Shown in pieces: positions 10,208 to 19,663 of a stretch of DNA of 64,000 nucleotides. The position numbers and the translations under genes are program-made. Under the pieces are notes generated by a model. That model made no database searches, was not told the origin of the DNA, and saw nothing but the letters and a program-made list of their open reading frames with translations. The DNA comes from an uncultured Trueperaceae bacterium (GTDB lineage: Bacteria; Deinococcota; Deinococci; Deinococcales; Trueperaceae): NCBI GenBank assembly GCA_963799485.1, contig CAWCXJ010000006.1, positions 608,001 through 672,000 of the forward strand, given 5' to 3'. The stretch's first letter is position 1. Each line of letters begins with the position of its first letter.

Positions 10208-10336
10208 AGCGTCACTATAGCAAAGCCGCGGGTGAGTTTTTCGTCAGGAGCCGACCGTACCGATTTTTGTGTTGGTCACAGTATTTTGTGTCGACCCCGG
10301 TATAGGGCGACCTGAGCGCTGCGTTAAGGTGAGTGT

Positions 10337-11272
10337 GTGGACATCATTTTAATCGTTTCAGGAATTGTACTGCTTTATTTTGGTGGCGATTTGCTGGTGG
10401 ACAACGCCAGCAGTCTGGCGCGGCGCTGGGGCGTCAGCTCACTGGTCGTCGGCCTGACGGTCGTTTCACTCGGCACCTCGGCACCCGAACTTGCCGCGAG
10501 CGTTGCAGCAGCCCTGGGCGGTTCTCCCGAACTCGCGCTCGGAAACGTCGTCGGCTCGAACACCGCCAACATCGCGCTTATCTTGTCGATTACGGCGCTG
10601 ATCTACCCGCTCCGCACCCAGCCGCAGGTGCTGCGCCGCGAACTGCCGGTGATGATCGGTTCCGCGCTGCTGCTTCCGCTCCTCCTGCGTGACGGCAGCT
10701 TGAGCCGCGCTGAAGGTGGCTTGTTCCTCGCGCTGCTGGTGCTTTACTTGTGGACGCTGCTACGCCGCCAAGCGCCCGCCGAAGCCGAGCCTGAAAACCC
10801 GGACGACCCGGATTTGAGGCTGAAATCGCCCTGGTTGGGCGTCCTGAAGATACTTTTGGGGTTGGGCTTGCTCGTCGGCGGCGCACAGCTTCTGGTCGGC
10901 GGTGCGACCTCGGTGGCGCGGGGTTTCGGCGTACCTGAATTTGTCATCGGTCTGACGCTCGTCGCCATCGGGACGAGTCTGCCGGAGTTGGCGGCCACCG
11001 GAATCGCAGCTTTCAAGCGCGAATCCGACATCGCGCTCGGTAACGTGGTCGGCTCGAACATCTTCAACGTCTTGTTTATCCTCGGCGTGACCGCTCTGGT
11101 GCGGCCCATGCAGGTGGACTACCGCGCAGTTTCTCTCGATCTTTGGTTGATGATCGGGCTCAACTTTTTGCTCTTACTTCTGCTCATCACCGGGCTACGT
11201 CTGGGGCGGCGTGAGGGTGGCGTGTTGCTGACGCTTTATCTGGGATACGTCGCCTATCTTTATCTGGCGTAA
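10337..11272 (+). CDS. Calcium/sodium antiporter (YrbG family)
   Basis: Two alpha repeats GTSAPE...GNVVGSN and GTSLPE...GNVVGSN; about 10 TM segments. Confidence 0.93.
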   Translation: MDIILIVSGIVLLYFGGDLLVDNASSLARRWGVSSLVVGLTVVSLGTSAPELAASVAAALGGSPELALGNVVGSNTANIALILSITALIYPLRTQPQVLRRELPVMIGSALLLPLLLRDGSLSRAEGGLFLALLVLYLWTLLRRQAPAEAEPENPDDPDLRLKSPWLGVLKILLGLGLLVGGAQLLVGGATSVARGFGVPEFVIGLTLVAIGTSLPELAATGIAAFKRESDIALGNVVGSNIFNVLFILGVTALVRPMQVDYRAVSLDLWLMIGLNFLLLLLLITGLRLGRREGGVLLTLYLGYVAYLYLA

Positions 11273-11340
11273 GTGTAGAAGATACATCATGAACTACGAA
11301 AATCTTTTCAAGTACGTCGCCTATCTTTATCTGGCGTAAG
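11246..11340 (+). repeat. Perfect 28-bp direct repeat separated by a 39-bp AT-rich spacer
   Basis: TACGTCGCCTATCTTTATCTGGCGTAAG at 11246-11273 and 11313-11340. Confidence 0.95.
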
Positions 11341-11484
11341 CGCTTTTACAACCGCACGATTTGTGCGAGCCTTTTAGGGCGCAAGTACGACAGGGCAGCG
11401 CCGCTCGAGTTTCAATTCTTATAGGAAAACTAAAAGCGCTAAGATGAGTAGAGGGAAGCTCATGATGAGTTGCAATTCCGCGTA

Positions 11485-12040
11485 AGTGTCACGACAGAAA
11501 TAGCTTGAACCAAGCAAATGGCGAAGGTCAAAACGGTTTTACCGGGTACCAAAGAACGCTCGATTCTAGAAAAAGGCTACCAAGAGGGCATGTGCCGACG
11601 GTAAGGTTTAGCCCCTATCCCTGGTAGTAAGTGTTGGGCAACACAACGGCGCGCTGCCTGGTTGGCACGGGTTTTGGACGAGATTCGGGTGCCCCGTAGG
11701 CACAGTGCGGTCAAGAAAACGCCCGCCACGGCTCCGCTTGAACCACGCCTACAGCTTTAAGAAGCAACATCAAGGGTTGAGAGCCGGGGCATTTGCTGTA
11801 TCGGCCCTGAGCAAGAAGATGCCAAGAGGCGTCGGCTTGCCAGGGGTTCTAAGGGCGGGCGTCCGCCCGTTTGCGGCACTGAGGCTTACAAAGGCCGAAA
11901 CGTCACTGAGCGCTGCACCGATCGGCTTAAAGACTTCCGGGCCGTAGCCACGCGCTGTGACAAACACGGCAGAAACTACCTTGCAGGCGTGCTCGTCGCC
12001 TCTATAACCCTCTGGCTCTAATCAGTCAGACAGACCCTAG
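11485..12040 (+). mobile_element. IS5-family transposase remnant with right end
   Basis: Frameshifted C-terminus GSKGGRPP...YKGRNVTER...LKDFRAVATRCDKHGRNYLAGVLVASITLWL*; terminal GACAGACCCTAG. Confidence 0.8.
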
Positions 12041-12233
12041 CTCACTTGAAACGCTTTAAGCGTTTGGCGGCTGTCTACCGAGGCCCGGAAGCTGTCTATG
12101 ATGACACCTTCTTAGCCATCACCGGACTTCATAACTTCAGAAAGTTGAATGCCCCGGCTTGGTAAGCCGAATTAAACCCCTTTTCTAAGCATAGCGACTT
12201 CCTTTTGATTTCGTGCTTATTTCGCAGATGATT
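12041..12233 (+). mobile_element. Second transposase C-terminal remnant (IS5/ISL2-like)
   Basis: HLKRFKRLAAVYR...AITGLHNFR, directly after the previous element's end. Confidence 0.55.
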
Positions 12234-12235
12234 CA

Positions 12236-12396
12236 AGGCGTTTAACATAACGCTCGACGCGCCAGCGGCTTACCCTAAAGTTTGGCTACGGCGTGCCCTT
12301 CCTCGACGTGCGCTTTAACGATTCGTTGCCGCAGGTCTAGTGAATAGCTTGCCACGCCTTAGCTTGTGCCGTAGCTGTGAAAATTGGAAGTGCTAC
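12236..12396 (-). mobile_element. IS630-family 5' fragment
   Basis: Minus strand reads VASYSLDLRQRIVKAHVEEG; DNA visibly similar to the element start at about 27156-27260. Confidence 0.75.
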
Positions 12397-12493
12397 AAAA
12401 AACACGATCAAACTCGAGTCCCACCGTCACGAGCGAAAGCGGCTGGGACTTCACGTAAACGCTCCAGTACTCCTCGCTCCCCGGGACGCTTTT

Positions 12494-13807
12494 TTAGCTG
12501 TGCTCAGCCTGACCGAGCAGCACCAGCACCAGCGCCGCACTCCAGGAGAACTCGCGTGCGCCGCAAGGCGCACCGTCGCGCGGGTCGTAGTATTCGGCAA
12601 AATTGCCCTGTACCAGCCCGAACGTGTGCGCTTCAAGCATATCGACCAGTCCGGTGTAACCGTAGCGCCCTAGCCCCTGCACGACAAACCAGTTGATGTG
12701 AACCCAGACCGGCCCACACCAGTAGCGCCGCGGCTCGAACGAGGGGCTGTTTTTAGCGACCGAGGGCAAAGTGTAGCGTATGTGAGCGTCCGGAGCGTAC
12801 TCGCCTGGGTCCGAGAGGTGCCCTACCAGCCGCGCCGCCTGCGTTTCGTCGGCGAGTCCCGCGTAGAGTGGCAAAAACGTCGCACAAGTATTTTCGCGAG
12901 CAGATTGACCTGAGCGTAGGTCGAAATCGTAGTAGAGCCCCGGTTGTTCGTCCCAAAAGTAGGTATCGAAAGCGTCGCGGGTACGTTTTAGCCAGCCCTG
13001 CAGCTCTTCGGTCGGTTCTACTAGGAGTTCGGCGAGGAAGACCAAATCTTCGTCCGCGCGGTACAAGATCGCGTTGGTCGAAACGTCTAGAACACAAAAC
13101 GGGGCGGTCGCGTAGAGCACTTCGGCGTCCCAGGCGGCTTCGCGGTAGTGTCCGATAAGCGCCATAAAGCGGTCGTAGTCTTCCTTTACCGGGCGTTCAT
13201 CGGCGGCGACGTGCGCCTGGTCACGCCGCTGATAGGTCGGTACCGTCGTTATGGAAACACGCGCCAGCGCTTCCGTCCAGCGTGGCGAGTTGTCCATACC
13301 CGACTCCCACGGGTGCAAAATGGCGACCAACCCTATGCCTTCGGGGTCTCTGGCCCCATGAAACCAGCGGTGCCACGCCAGCAGCTTGGGGTAGACCTCG
13401 AGGACGAACGCATGTGCCGACGCCTTGTCCTCGTCGCGCTCGTAGATGGCGCGCACCACTGTACTCAGCACGGGCGGTTGGGTCAATCCCGACGTCGCTA
13501 CTTCAGGCGCATTTGGACTCCCAGCCGTTCCCCAGAAGTCGGGTGTAGGAAAGTAGTCCGAAGGCCCGTCATGGTAGAGGATGTGCGGCACCATGCCGTC
13601 TCGCCACTGACCCATCAGGAGTTTACGCACCTCGGCCTGTGCTCGCGGGACGTCGAAGGTGGCCAAACCGAGGGCAATCAGGGCCGCGTCCCAGTTCCAC
13701 TGGTGCGGATACTGCATGGGGCTCGGTTTGATAAAGCTGCCGGTATCGTTGCTCCGTAAAATGCGCCGCGCCTCACGGATCAGCTCATGGCTCAGATCGC
13801 GGCTCAT
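12494..13807 (-). CDS. GH63/MGH-like glycoside hydrolase (glucosylglycerate/mannosylglycerate hydrolase type)
   Basis: YPHQWNWD, GMVPHI, SGLTQPP, HPWESGMDNSPRW, YWCGPVW, EYYDP and FSWSAAL motifs. Confidence 0.85.
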   Translation of the reverse strand: MSRDLSHELIREARRILRSNDTGSFIKPSPMQYPHQWNWDAALIALGLATFDVPRAQAEVRKLLMGQWRDGMVPHILYHDGPSDYFPTPDFWGTAGSPNAPEVATSGLTQPPVLSTVVRAIYERDEDKASAHAFVLEVYPKLLAWHRWFHGARDPEGIGLVAILHPWESGMDNSPRWTEALARVSITTVPTYQRRDQAHVAADERPVKEDYDRFMALIGHYREAAWDAEVLYATAPFCVLDVSTNAILYRADEDLVFLAELLVEPTEELQGWLKRTRDAFDTYFWDEQPGLYYDFDLRSGQSARENTCATFLPLYAGLADETQAARLVGHLSDPGEYAPDAHIRYTLPSVAKNSPSFEPRRYWCGPVWVHINWFVVQGLGRYGYTGLVDMLEAHTFGLVQGNFAEYYDPRDGAPCGAREFSWSAALVLVLLGQAEHS

Positions 13808-15072
13808 CCTTTGACCCCGCCCGCGGTCAGCCCGCCGACCAGGTATTTTTCAAAAAAGAAGAAGATCAGCATAATCGGCACCGTCACGATCACCGCGCCC
13901 GCCATCAAAAACTGGCGCGGCACCTCCTGCGAGTTGAGCGCCACCATGCCGCGTGAAAGCGTGTAAATCGCAGGCTTGTCTAAAAACATGAAAGCGAACA
14001 AAAACTCGTTCCAGGCGATCATAAAGATGTACAACCCGACCGATGCGAGCGCCGGAAGCGACAAGGGCAGGGTAATCCGCCAGATGACCCCCAAACGGGT
14101 GCACCCGTCGATCATTCCGGCTTCTTCTAAGTCTGCGGGGAGCGTCTGAAAGTACGAGCGCAGCATGTAGAGCGCCACCGGAATCGTCGTCGCAGGATAG
14201 ACGATGAGCAGCCCGGGCAGCGTGTCGCGCAAACCCAGCTGGGTAAAAATGGCGTAGAGCGGAATCACCAGGATAATCGCCGGGAACATGTAGATGAGCA
14301 AAATTGCCCGCGACATAAAGGTGCGGCCCGGAAAGTTCAGGCGTGTCACCGCGTAAGCGCCTAAAATTGCCAAAACAAGCGTAATGACAACTGTTGCAAG
14401 CGCGACGAAGGTGCTGTTACCGATATAACGCAAAAAGTCGAAGGTGAACAAAACCTCGCGGTAGCCGACCAACAGGTCAGAAAGCTTCCGGGTCAGATCG
14501 ACGCCCAGGTAGGTGGGGTTTTGCAGCAAGGCGGCGCGGGCTTTGAGGCTCGAGACCACCATAAAGTAAAACGGGAAGATGACGATGCTCAGGAAGAAGA
14601 GGAACCCAAAGGCGCGGAGCGCGCGGAGTAGCAGCCTTTCAAAGAGGCCGCGGCGAGGTTGCGCTAACTCGAGGTCACGGAGGCCGTAACGGGCGAGCAC
14701 GCCGACAAAGAGAAAACTCAGCAAACAGCCCGTTACGCCCCAGACCGGCCGAAACTGCCCGAGTCCCAGCGGCCTGAAGTTCGTCAATAGCAGCCAGAGG
14801 ACGCCGAAAACGAGGCTGAAGGCAAGTGTCACGAGCCAGGGCGTCGTCTTGTTGCGTCGGAAAGAGGCCAAGCCTAGTCCCAACACAGCCCCCGAGAGCA
14901 GCGCCCAGTGAAGCGGCAGCGCAGTGTTTAGACCACCGATGACGACGGCTAAAAACGACCAGAGGCCGGTGACGAGGAGGCTCGAGAGCGCTCCCATCAC
15001 CGCGGCTGCAACGAGGCCACCTACTGCCGGTCGGCCTCTAGATTGCGCTAAAGGTTGCGTAAGCTGAGCCAT
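13804..15072 (-). CDS. Carbohydrate ABC permease (MalG-like) with extra N-terminal TM domain
   Basis: EAA loop LPADLEEAGMIDG and AWNEFL; start reassigned to ATG 15072. Confidence 0.88.
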   Translation of the reverse strand: MAQLTQPLAQSRGRPAVGGLVAAAVMGALSSLLVTGLWSFLAVVIGGLNTALPLHWALLSGAVLGLGLASFRRNKTTPWLVTLAFSLVFGVLWLLLTNFRPLGLGQFRPVWGVTGCLLSFLFVGVLARYGLRDLELAQPRRGLFERLLLRALRAFGFLFFLSIVIFPFYFMVVSSLKARAALLQNPTYLGVDLTRKLSDLLVGYREVLFTFDFLRYIGNSTFVALATVVITLVLAILGAYAVTRLNFPGRTFMSRAILLIYMFPAIILVIPLYAIFTQLGLRDTLPGLLIVYPATTIPVALYMLRSYFQTLPADLEEAGMIDGCTRLGVIWRITLPLSLPALASVGLYIFMIAWNEFLFAFMFLDKPAIYTLSRGMVALNSQEVPRQFLMAGAVIVTVPIMLIFFFFEKYLVGGLTAGGVKG

Positions 15073-15073
15073 G

Positions 15074-15830
15074 TTATTCTCCCTCCGGGGCAAAGCGGAA
15101 GTACAAAACCATGAACACCGCCAGGATCATGAACAGCACGACCGACGCCGCCGCACCTGCGCCCAAGTTGGCCTGCGCGAACGCTTCGTCGTAAACGGCT
15201 ATCGTGAGGGTTTTCGTCCCGGCTGCGCCGCCGGTCAAGAGAAAGATATCGTCGAACTTGTTAAACGTCCAGATAAAGCGCAGTAAAAAGAGTGTGGACA
15301 AGATACCGACGAGCTGCGGCAACGTCACCCACCAGAATTTTTGCAGCGGGCTCGCCCCGTCGACGTCGGCGGCTTCGTACATGTCTTTGGGAATGGCCTG
15401 AAAACGTGCCAGGATAAAGAGGAAGGCAAAGGGAAAGTAGCGCCACGCCTCGAACAAAATCACCACGGTCAAAGCCAGCGGCAGAGTAAAGGGCAGTCCG
15501 AACAAACTCAGCTCAATGCTGCGGGCGCTTAAAAAGCTGATGGCGCGCGGTAGCAAGCCAAACTCCATCCCGAGCGCGTTGACGCTGCCGCTGCGCGGGT
15601 CTAAGAGAAACGCCCAGGTGAACGCCACGGCAATCACCGGCGCAACGTAGGGAAAAAGAAACAGCCCGCGCAAAAAGCCCTGTCCGCGAAACTTCTCGTC
15701 TAAGAGCTGCGCGGCGAAAAGCCCCAGCAAAATCGAACCGAGTGTGCCGAAAACCGTGTAGTAGAGCGTCGCGCGCAGCGTCGGCCAGAATTCGGGACTA
15801 CCTAAAAAGCGGCGGTAGTTCTTGAGCGAA
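15074..15830 (-). pseudogene. Carbohydrate ABC permease (MalF-like), 5'-truncated
   Basis: EAA loop IPKDMYEAADVDGA; homology starts at LKNYRRFL, so the usual first TM segment is missing; no binding-protein gene upstream. Confidence 0.7.
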
Positions 15831-15863
15831 TCCTCCTTCGTACCGTTGCGACTCACCGATGAC

Positions 15864-15949
15864 CACTAACCCGCGTGCGGCAGCGTGTGGTCAAGGCACT
15901 GTAAACGCCGAAGGGAGCGCCCAACCCCAGGCGCAGCGGCGGGTTATGC
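15864..15949 (-). repeat. attC-like imperfect inverted repeat (86 bp)
   Basis: In gene orientation GCATAAC-CCGCC-GCTGC...GCACGCGG-GTTAGTG; the upstream gene's TAA lies in the first box. Confidence 0.4.
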
Positions 15950-16345
15950 CGCCGTGAGGAGCAGGTCCCGGTTCCACCACTCCAAAACGGCCAACATGCC
16001 GACGTAGACTGCCTCACCGCCGAGGTGCAAAAAGGCGAACGGCGTCGCGGTCGCCGAGAAGGCCGCTAGCAGCCCTAAGCACACGGGGACCCACGCCAGA
16101 TTGGCGAACACCAGCAGTTTAATCAGCCGCATCGGCCGCTCGGCTTGGACAGCGAGCGAAAAGGAGTAAGAGGCGTAGAGCAGGTTGACCACTGCGGTAA
16201 AGAGCAGCACGTCTTGCGGCAGTCCCTCCAAGCGGCTGAGCCAGCCGCTGAGGGCGATCACCGTCACTCCGACCAGGGCAGCACCTGTACAGTCCACCCA
16301 CAGCAGTTTCTTGAAAAACGGGGCCGGTCTAGCTGGCATGTTCAT
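15944..16345 (-). CDS. Hypothetical 4-TM membrane protein
   Basis: LLWVDCTGAAL...VNLLYASYSFSLA...ANLAW; start reassigned to ATG 16345. Confidence 0.65.
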   Translation of the reverse strand: MNMPARPAPFFKKLLWVDCTGAALVGVTVIALSGWLSRLEGLPQDVLLFTAVVNLLYASYSFSLAVQAERPMRLIKLLVFANLAWVPVCLGLLAAFSATATPFAFLHLGGEAVYVGMLAVLEWWNRDLLLTAA

Positions 16346-16399
16346 GGACGGTATAACTGAAAGACATCTTAAAAACCCCTTCTTGGCAAACCCCGAAAA

Positions 16400-16766
16400 G
16401 GGTCTGGGCAGGTGGAACGCGTAAGATAAGACGCTCTCCGTCTGAAAGATCATTGTAGGGGATCTGTACCGAAGCCACGATAAGGTCCGTGATGCGGTTT
16501 GCCCGGACGGGCAGCGTCATCGACAGCACAACCATGAAGATCGGGATCGCGGTGAGCACGAGGAAGGTGCTCAACAGCGTCTGGCTGACGTCGAACTCCC
16601 AGACTTTGCCGACGAGGATGTTATCGATGACGCCGGGCTTGAAGAAGGCGATGATGTCCACGTAGGCGTACAGGAACATGATGCTGATCCATACTGCTGC
16701 GAGCTTCGCCTGGACCGCGACCTGCCGGTCCTCTAGGGTGGTTATCGGCTTTTTGATCGAATTCAT
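16400..16766 (-). pseudogene. DUF6326-like membrane protein, C-terminus disrupted
   Basis: QAKLAAVWISIMFLYAYVDI...IPIFMVVLSMTLP; the hydrophobic pattern is lost after QIPY. Confidence 0.6.
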
Positions 16767-16924
16767 CTTTTAGTCCTTATCTTGAATAATGTAAGAAAGC
16801 GTTGTGAAGGGTCTTGCATGGCATTGCGGTCGCCATGCTGTTAGGTTCGACCTCGAAGGGTTTCTGGAATCAGATGTTCACCCAGATGCACACCCCTGGA
16901 GGTCCGCTCGCAAAAAATAGAAGT

Positions 16925-17893
16925 TCAACTCACGCTAATCCCCACCTTGCCTCGGGCGCGACCCGCCTCGAGGTGCCGCACCGCTTCGGCGGCGTCGGTC
17001 AGCGGGAAGCTGCGCTCCAGCATGGGCTTGAGCTCTCCGGCCTCGAGCAGCTCTTTGAGGAACTGCAGGTCCTCTCGCCCCGGTTTCACGGCGAAGGTCC
17101 TGAACTGCTGGCCGCGCCCGGCCATGAGACGCCCGAAGAGCATCACTTGGAAGAGTCGGCGCACCTCGCCGCCCACCAATATGTAGCGCCCCCGCGGGCT
17201 CAAGACGCGCCGGTACTCCCCGGGCGGACGGTAAGCGGCGGCGTCCAAAATCAGGTCGAAACGCTCCGCCAGATGGGTCACGTCCTGCTGGCGGTAGTCG
17301 AGCACCCGGTCCGCGCCGAGGGAGCGCACGTGCTCTAGCTTGGCCGCGCTCGAGAGCGCCGTGACCTCAGCTCCGAAAAGCTTCGCGAGTTGCACCGCGA
17401 AGCCGCCTACTCCGCCCGAAGCGCCCGTGACCAGCACCCGCTGCCCCGCCTGCAACTCGCCGTGGTCGCGCAAGCCCTGGAGCGCGGTGAGGCAGGCTGA
17501 CGGTACGACCGCGGCCTCGTCGAAACTCAGGTTGCCAGGCTTGAGGGCGAGGCTGCCCTCGGACGCCTTGGCATACTCGGCGAAACTGCCGAAGCCGCTC
17601 GCGGAGAGGTCGCCGAAGACCTCGTCCCCGACCCGGAAGCGCGTGACGCCCAGTCCCAGCGCCGCCACCCGGCCCGCCACGTCGGTGCCGAGCACCCGGA
17701 CCTTGGGCTTTCTGAGCCCGAACATGAGCCGGACGACAACGGGCTCGCCCCGCATGAGGTGCCGGTCGCCCGCGTTGACGGAGGCCGCCCGAACCTCGAG
17801 GAGCACCTCGCCCGCGCCGGGTTCGGGCTTGGGGATCTCGGCCAGCTCTAAAGCTTCGGGCGGGCCGTAGCGGTCTAGAACGACGGCTTTCAT
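16925..17893 (-). CDS. NAD(P)-dependent MDR/quinone-oxidoreductase-like dehydrogenase
   Basis: MKAVVLDRYGPPE, AASVN, GTDVAG, GASGGVG and RGKV motifs. Confidence 0.9.
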   Translation of the reverse strand: MKAVVLDRYGPPEALELAEIPKPEPGAGEVLLEVRAASVNAGDRHLMRGEPVVVRLMFGLRKPKVRVLGTDVAGRVAALGLGVTRFRVGDEVFGDLSASGFGSFAEYAKASEGSLALKPGNLSFDEAAVVPSACLTALQGLRDHGELQAGQRVLVTGASGGVGGFAVQLAKLFGAEVTALSSAAKLEHVRSLGADRVLDYRQQDVTHLAERFDLILDAAAYRPPGEYRRVLSPRGRYILVGGEVRRLFQVMLFGRLMAGRGQQFRTFAVKPGREDLQFLKELLEAGELKPMLERSFPLTDAAEAVRHLEAGRARGKVGISVS

Positions 17894-18135
17894 AAAGCCG
17901 CGCTCGGCATCGCGCGGCGATGTACCCATGTTCGGTGTAGGTCTTTGCACGGACGACAGGACGCTCACCGCACACCTCTCGAGTTTCGGGTTAAGAGTCC
18001 AGCCAGTCCCTTTTTCGTATGCGCCTCTCGCGCCTCTAAAACCGCAGTTCCCTGAACTATTCGCTCGCTTGAACCCTTCATACGCTTCGTACTCCTTACA
18101 GCTGCGACCGACCTGAACTCTACTAGAGTCACAGA

Positions 18136-18167
18136 CTTACGCCATAAGGTAAACCTTATGGCGTAAG
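18136..18167. promoter_or_regulatory. Probable TetR double operator
   Basis: Perfect 15-bp inverted repeat CTTACGCCATAAGGT-AA-ACCTTATGGCGTAAG between divergent tetR and the dehydrogenase operon. Confidence 0.75.
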
Positions 18168-18230
18168 ATTGTCAAGAGCTAGCCTGAGCCGCCCTAGGTG
18201 ACCGTGCTATAGAAAAATAGGAGACCGCAA

Positions 18231-18899
18231 ATGACGAGAAGAACTAACGCGCGCGTAAAGCCTCGAGCGCCTTTGACAAAAGAACTGATTATAGACACCG
18301 CCCTCCGCCTCGCCGACGAACAGGGCGTCGCCTCACTCTCTATGCACAAGTTGGCGGCAAAGCTAGGCGTCAAGGCGATGTCTTTGTACCATCACGTCGC
18401 CAACAAAGATGAGATTTTAGATGGGATAGTTGATGCGGTTTTCGGCGAGATTGAACTGCCTACAAACGGAACCGCTTGGAAAGCGTCGATGTGGCAGCGC
18501 GCGTTCTCGGCCCGTGAAGCGCTTTTGCGCCACCGCTGGGCCGTCGGACTCTTGGATTCGCGGGCCAATCCCGGCTCAGCAACACTTAGACACCATGACG
18601 CGGTGATCGGGAGCTTGCGGAGGGGAGGCTTTTCTGTTGTCGGAGCAGCGCACGCGTTTTCGGTTCTCGACAGCTATATCTACGGCTTCGTGCTGCAAGA
18701 GCTGACCTTACCGTTTAACACGCCGGACGAATTCGGGGAGGTCGTAGAGACGATCCGTGAGCAGACGACTGCCGAATATCCCCATCTCACCGAGATGACC
18801 GCTGAATTCATCCTAAAACCCGGTTACGCCTACGGTGACGAGTTCGCGTTTGGGCTCGAGCTGATTCTTGATGGGCTCGAGGGCACCCGGGCTAAGTAA
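18231..18899 (+). CDS. TetR/AcrR-family regulator (TetR_C type)
   Basis: HTH LSMHKLAAKLGVKAMSLYHHVANK; C-terminal FAFGLELILDGL; AGGAG RBS. Confidence 0.92.
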   Translation: MTRRTNARVKPRAPLTKELIIDTALRLADEQGVASLSMHKLAAKLGVKAMSLYHHVANKDEILDGIVDAVFGEIELPTNGTAWKASMWQRAFSAREALLRHRWAVGLLDSRANPGSATLRHHDAVIGSLRRGGFSVVGAAHAFSVLDSYIYGFVLQELTLPFNTPDEFGEVVETIREQTTAEYPHLTEMTAEFILKPGYAYGDEFAFGLELILDGLEGTRAK

Positions 18900-19284
18900 G
18901 AGTCGCGCGCGTTAACCGCACATAAGAGCAACCACGTTTTCACGAGTCGATGGCGAAAGGTAAAATCTATCACTCCTTTGTTGCGAGTGGTTCAACGGGC
19001 TTGCCGAGCCTTTATGACGCTCTCCGGGGTTTTGGCGATGGAGAGCTGAGACACAGGAGAGGTGGCAATCTCCTCGGTCTCACCTGCTTTAGGCGAGCTG
19101 GGGTTGATGTTGATCTCCACGAAGATCGGAGCCTCAGTAGGATCGCTGTCATCGGCCAGCGTACCGTAGCCCATGGTGCCGTCTTCCACGAAACTGCTGA
19201 TGAGACAGCGGTTCGGCGGAGTTCTGACAAACGCTCCCGGGGTTGTCTCTCGACCGATGGATGCGAGCGCTAAGTACATCCCTT

Positions 19285-19530
19285 ATATACTTTGAGAAAT
19301 AGCCAAACCGTTACGTTTTCTCAAACTCATACCCGAGCAAGACGAGGCCTTACGAGAACTTGAACTGAGTCCGCTGCTAAACGCCAAGGTCAGGTTACGC
19401 GCGACCATCATCCGGCTCAATCACGCGGGTTGGGGCGTACCCAGGCTAGCTGCGCACTTCGGACGCAACCCGCAAAGCGTCCACAATGACCTCGACCGGT
19501 TTGAGCAGTTCGGGGTCGAGGGTCTATCTG
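19285..19530 (+). mobile_element. IS630-family transposase N-terminal (HTH) fragment
   Basis: AKPLRFLKL...KVRLRATIIRLNHAGWGVPRLAAHFGRNPQSVHNDLDRFEQFGVEGL. Confidence 0.75.
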
Positions 19531-19647
19531 ACGGGTTTGGGCGCTGCCGCCGAACATCGGGGTAATGGTTTGCAGCTGAACCGTCCAGCTTTCGGGCGAT
19601 TCAAGTTTAGGTAATGGCGGTGCAGTAGTTGGCGGTGTTCTGGGCAC
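19515..19647 (-). pseudogene. cmr1: Type III-B CRISPR RAMP protein Cmr1, N-terminal stub
   Basis: AGGAGG RBS, GTG 19647; MPRTPPTTAPPLPKLESPESWTVQLQTITPMFGGSAQTRQIDP matches the Cmr1 TITPMFGG start; ends before the IRGxLRFWWR motif. Confidence 0.65.
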
Positions 19648-19663
19648 AGTACCTCCTGTAAAA

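Noticed and set aside
11246..11340. Calling the repeat pair a true CRISPR array
   Set aside because: Only two repeats, the first is ordinary coding sequence, and no leader or adjacent cas genes are visible. Kept as a finding only.
18950..19279. Three overlapping ORFs downstream of tetR
   Set aside because: No recognisable motifs or clear RBS, and adjacent to an IS fragment, so none can be supported.
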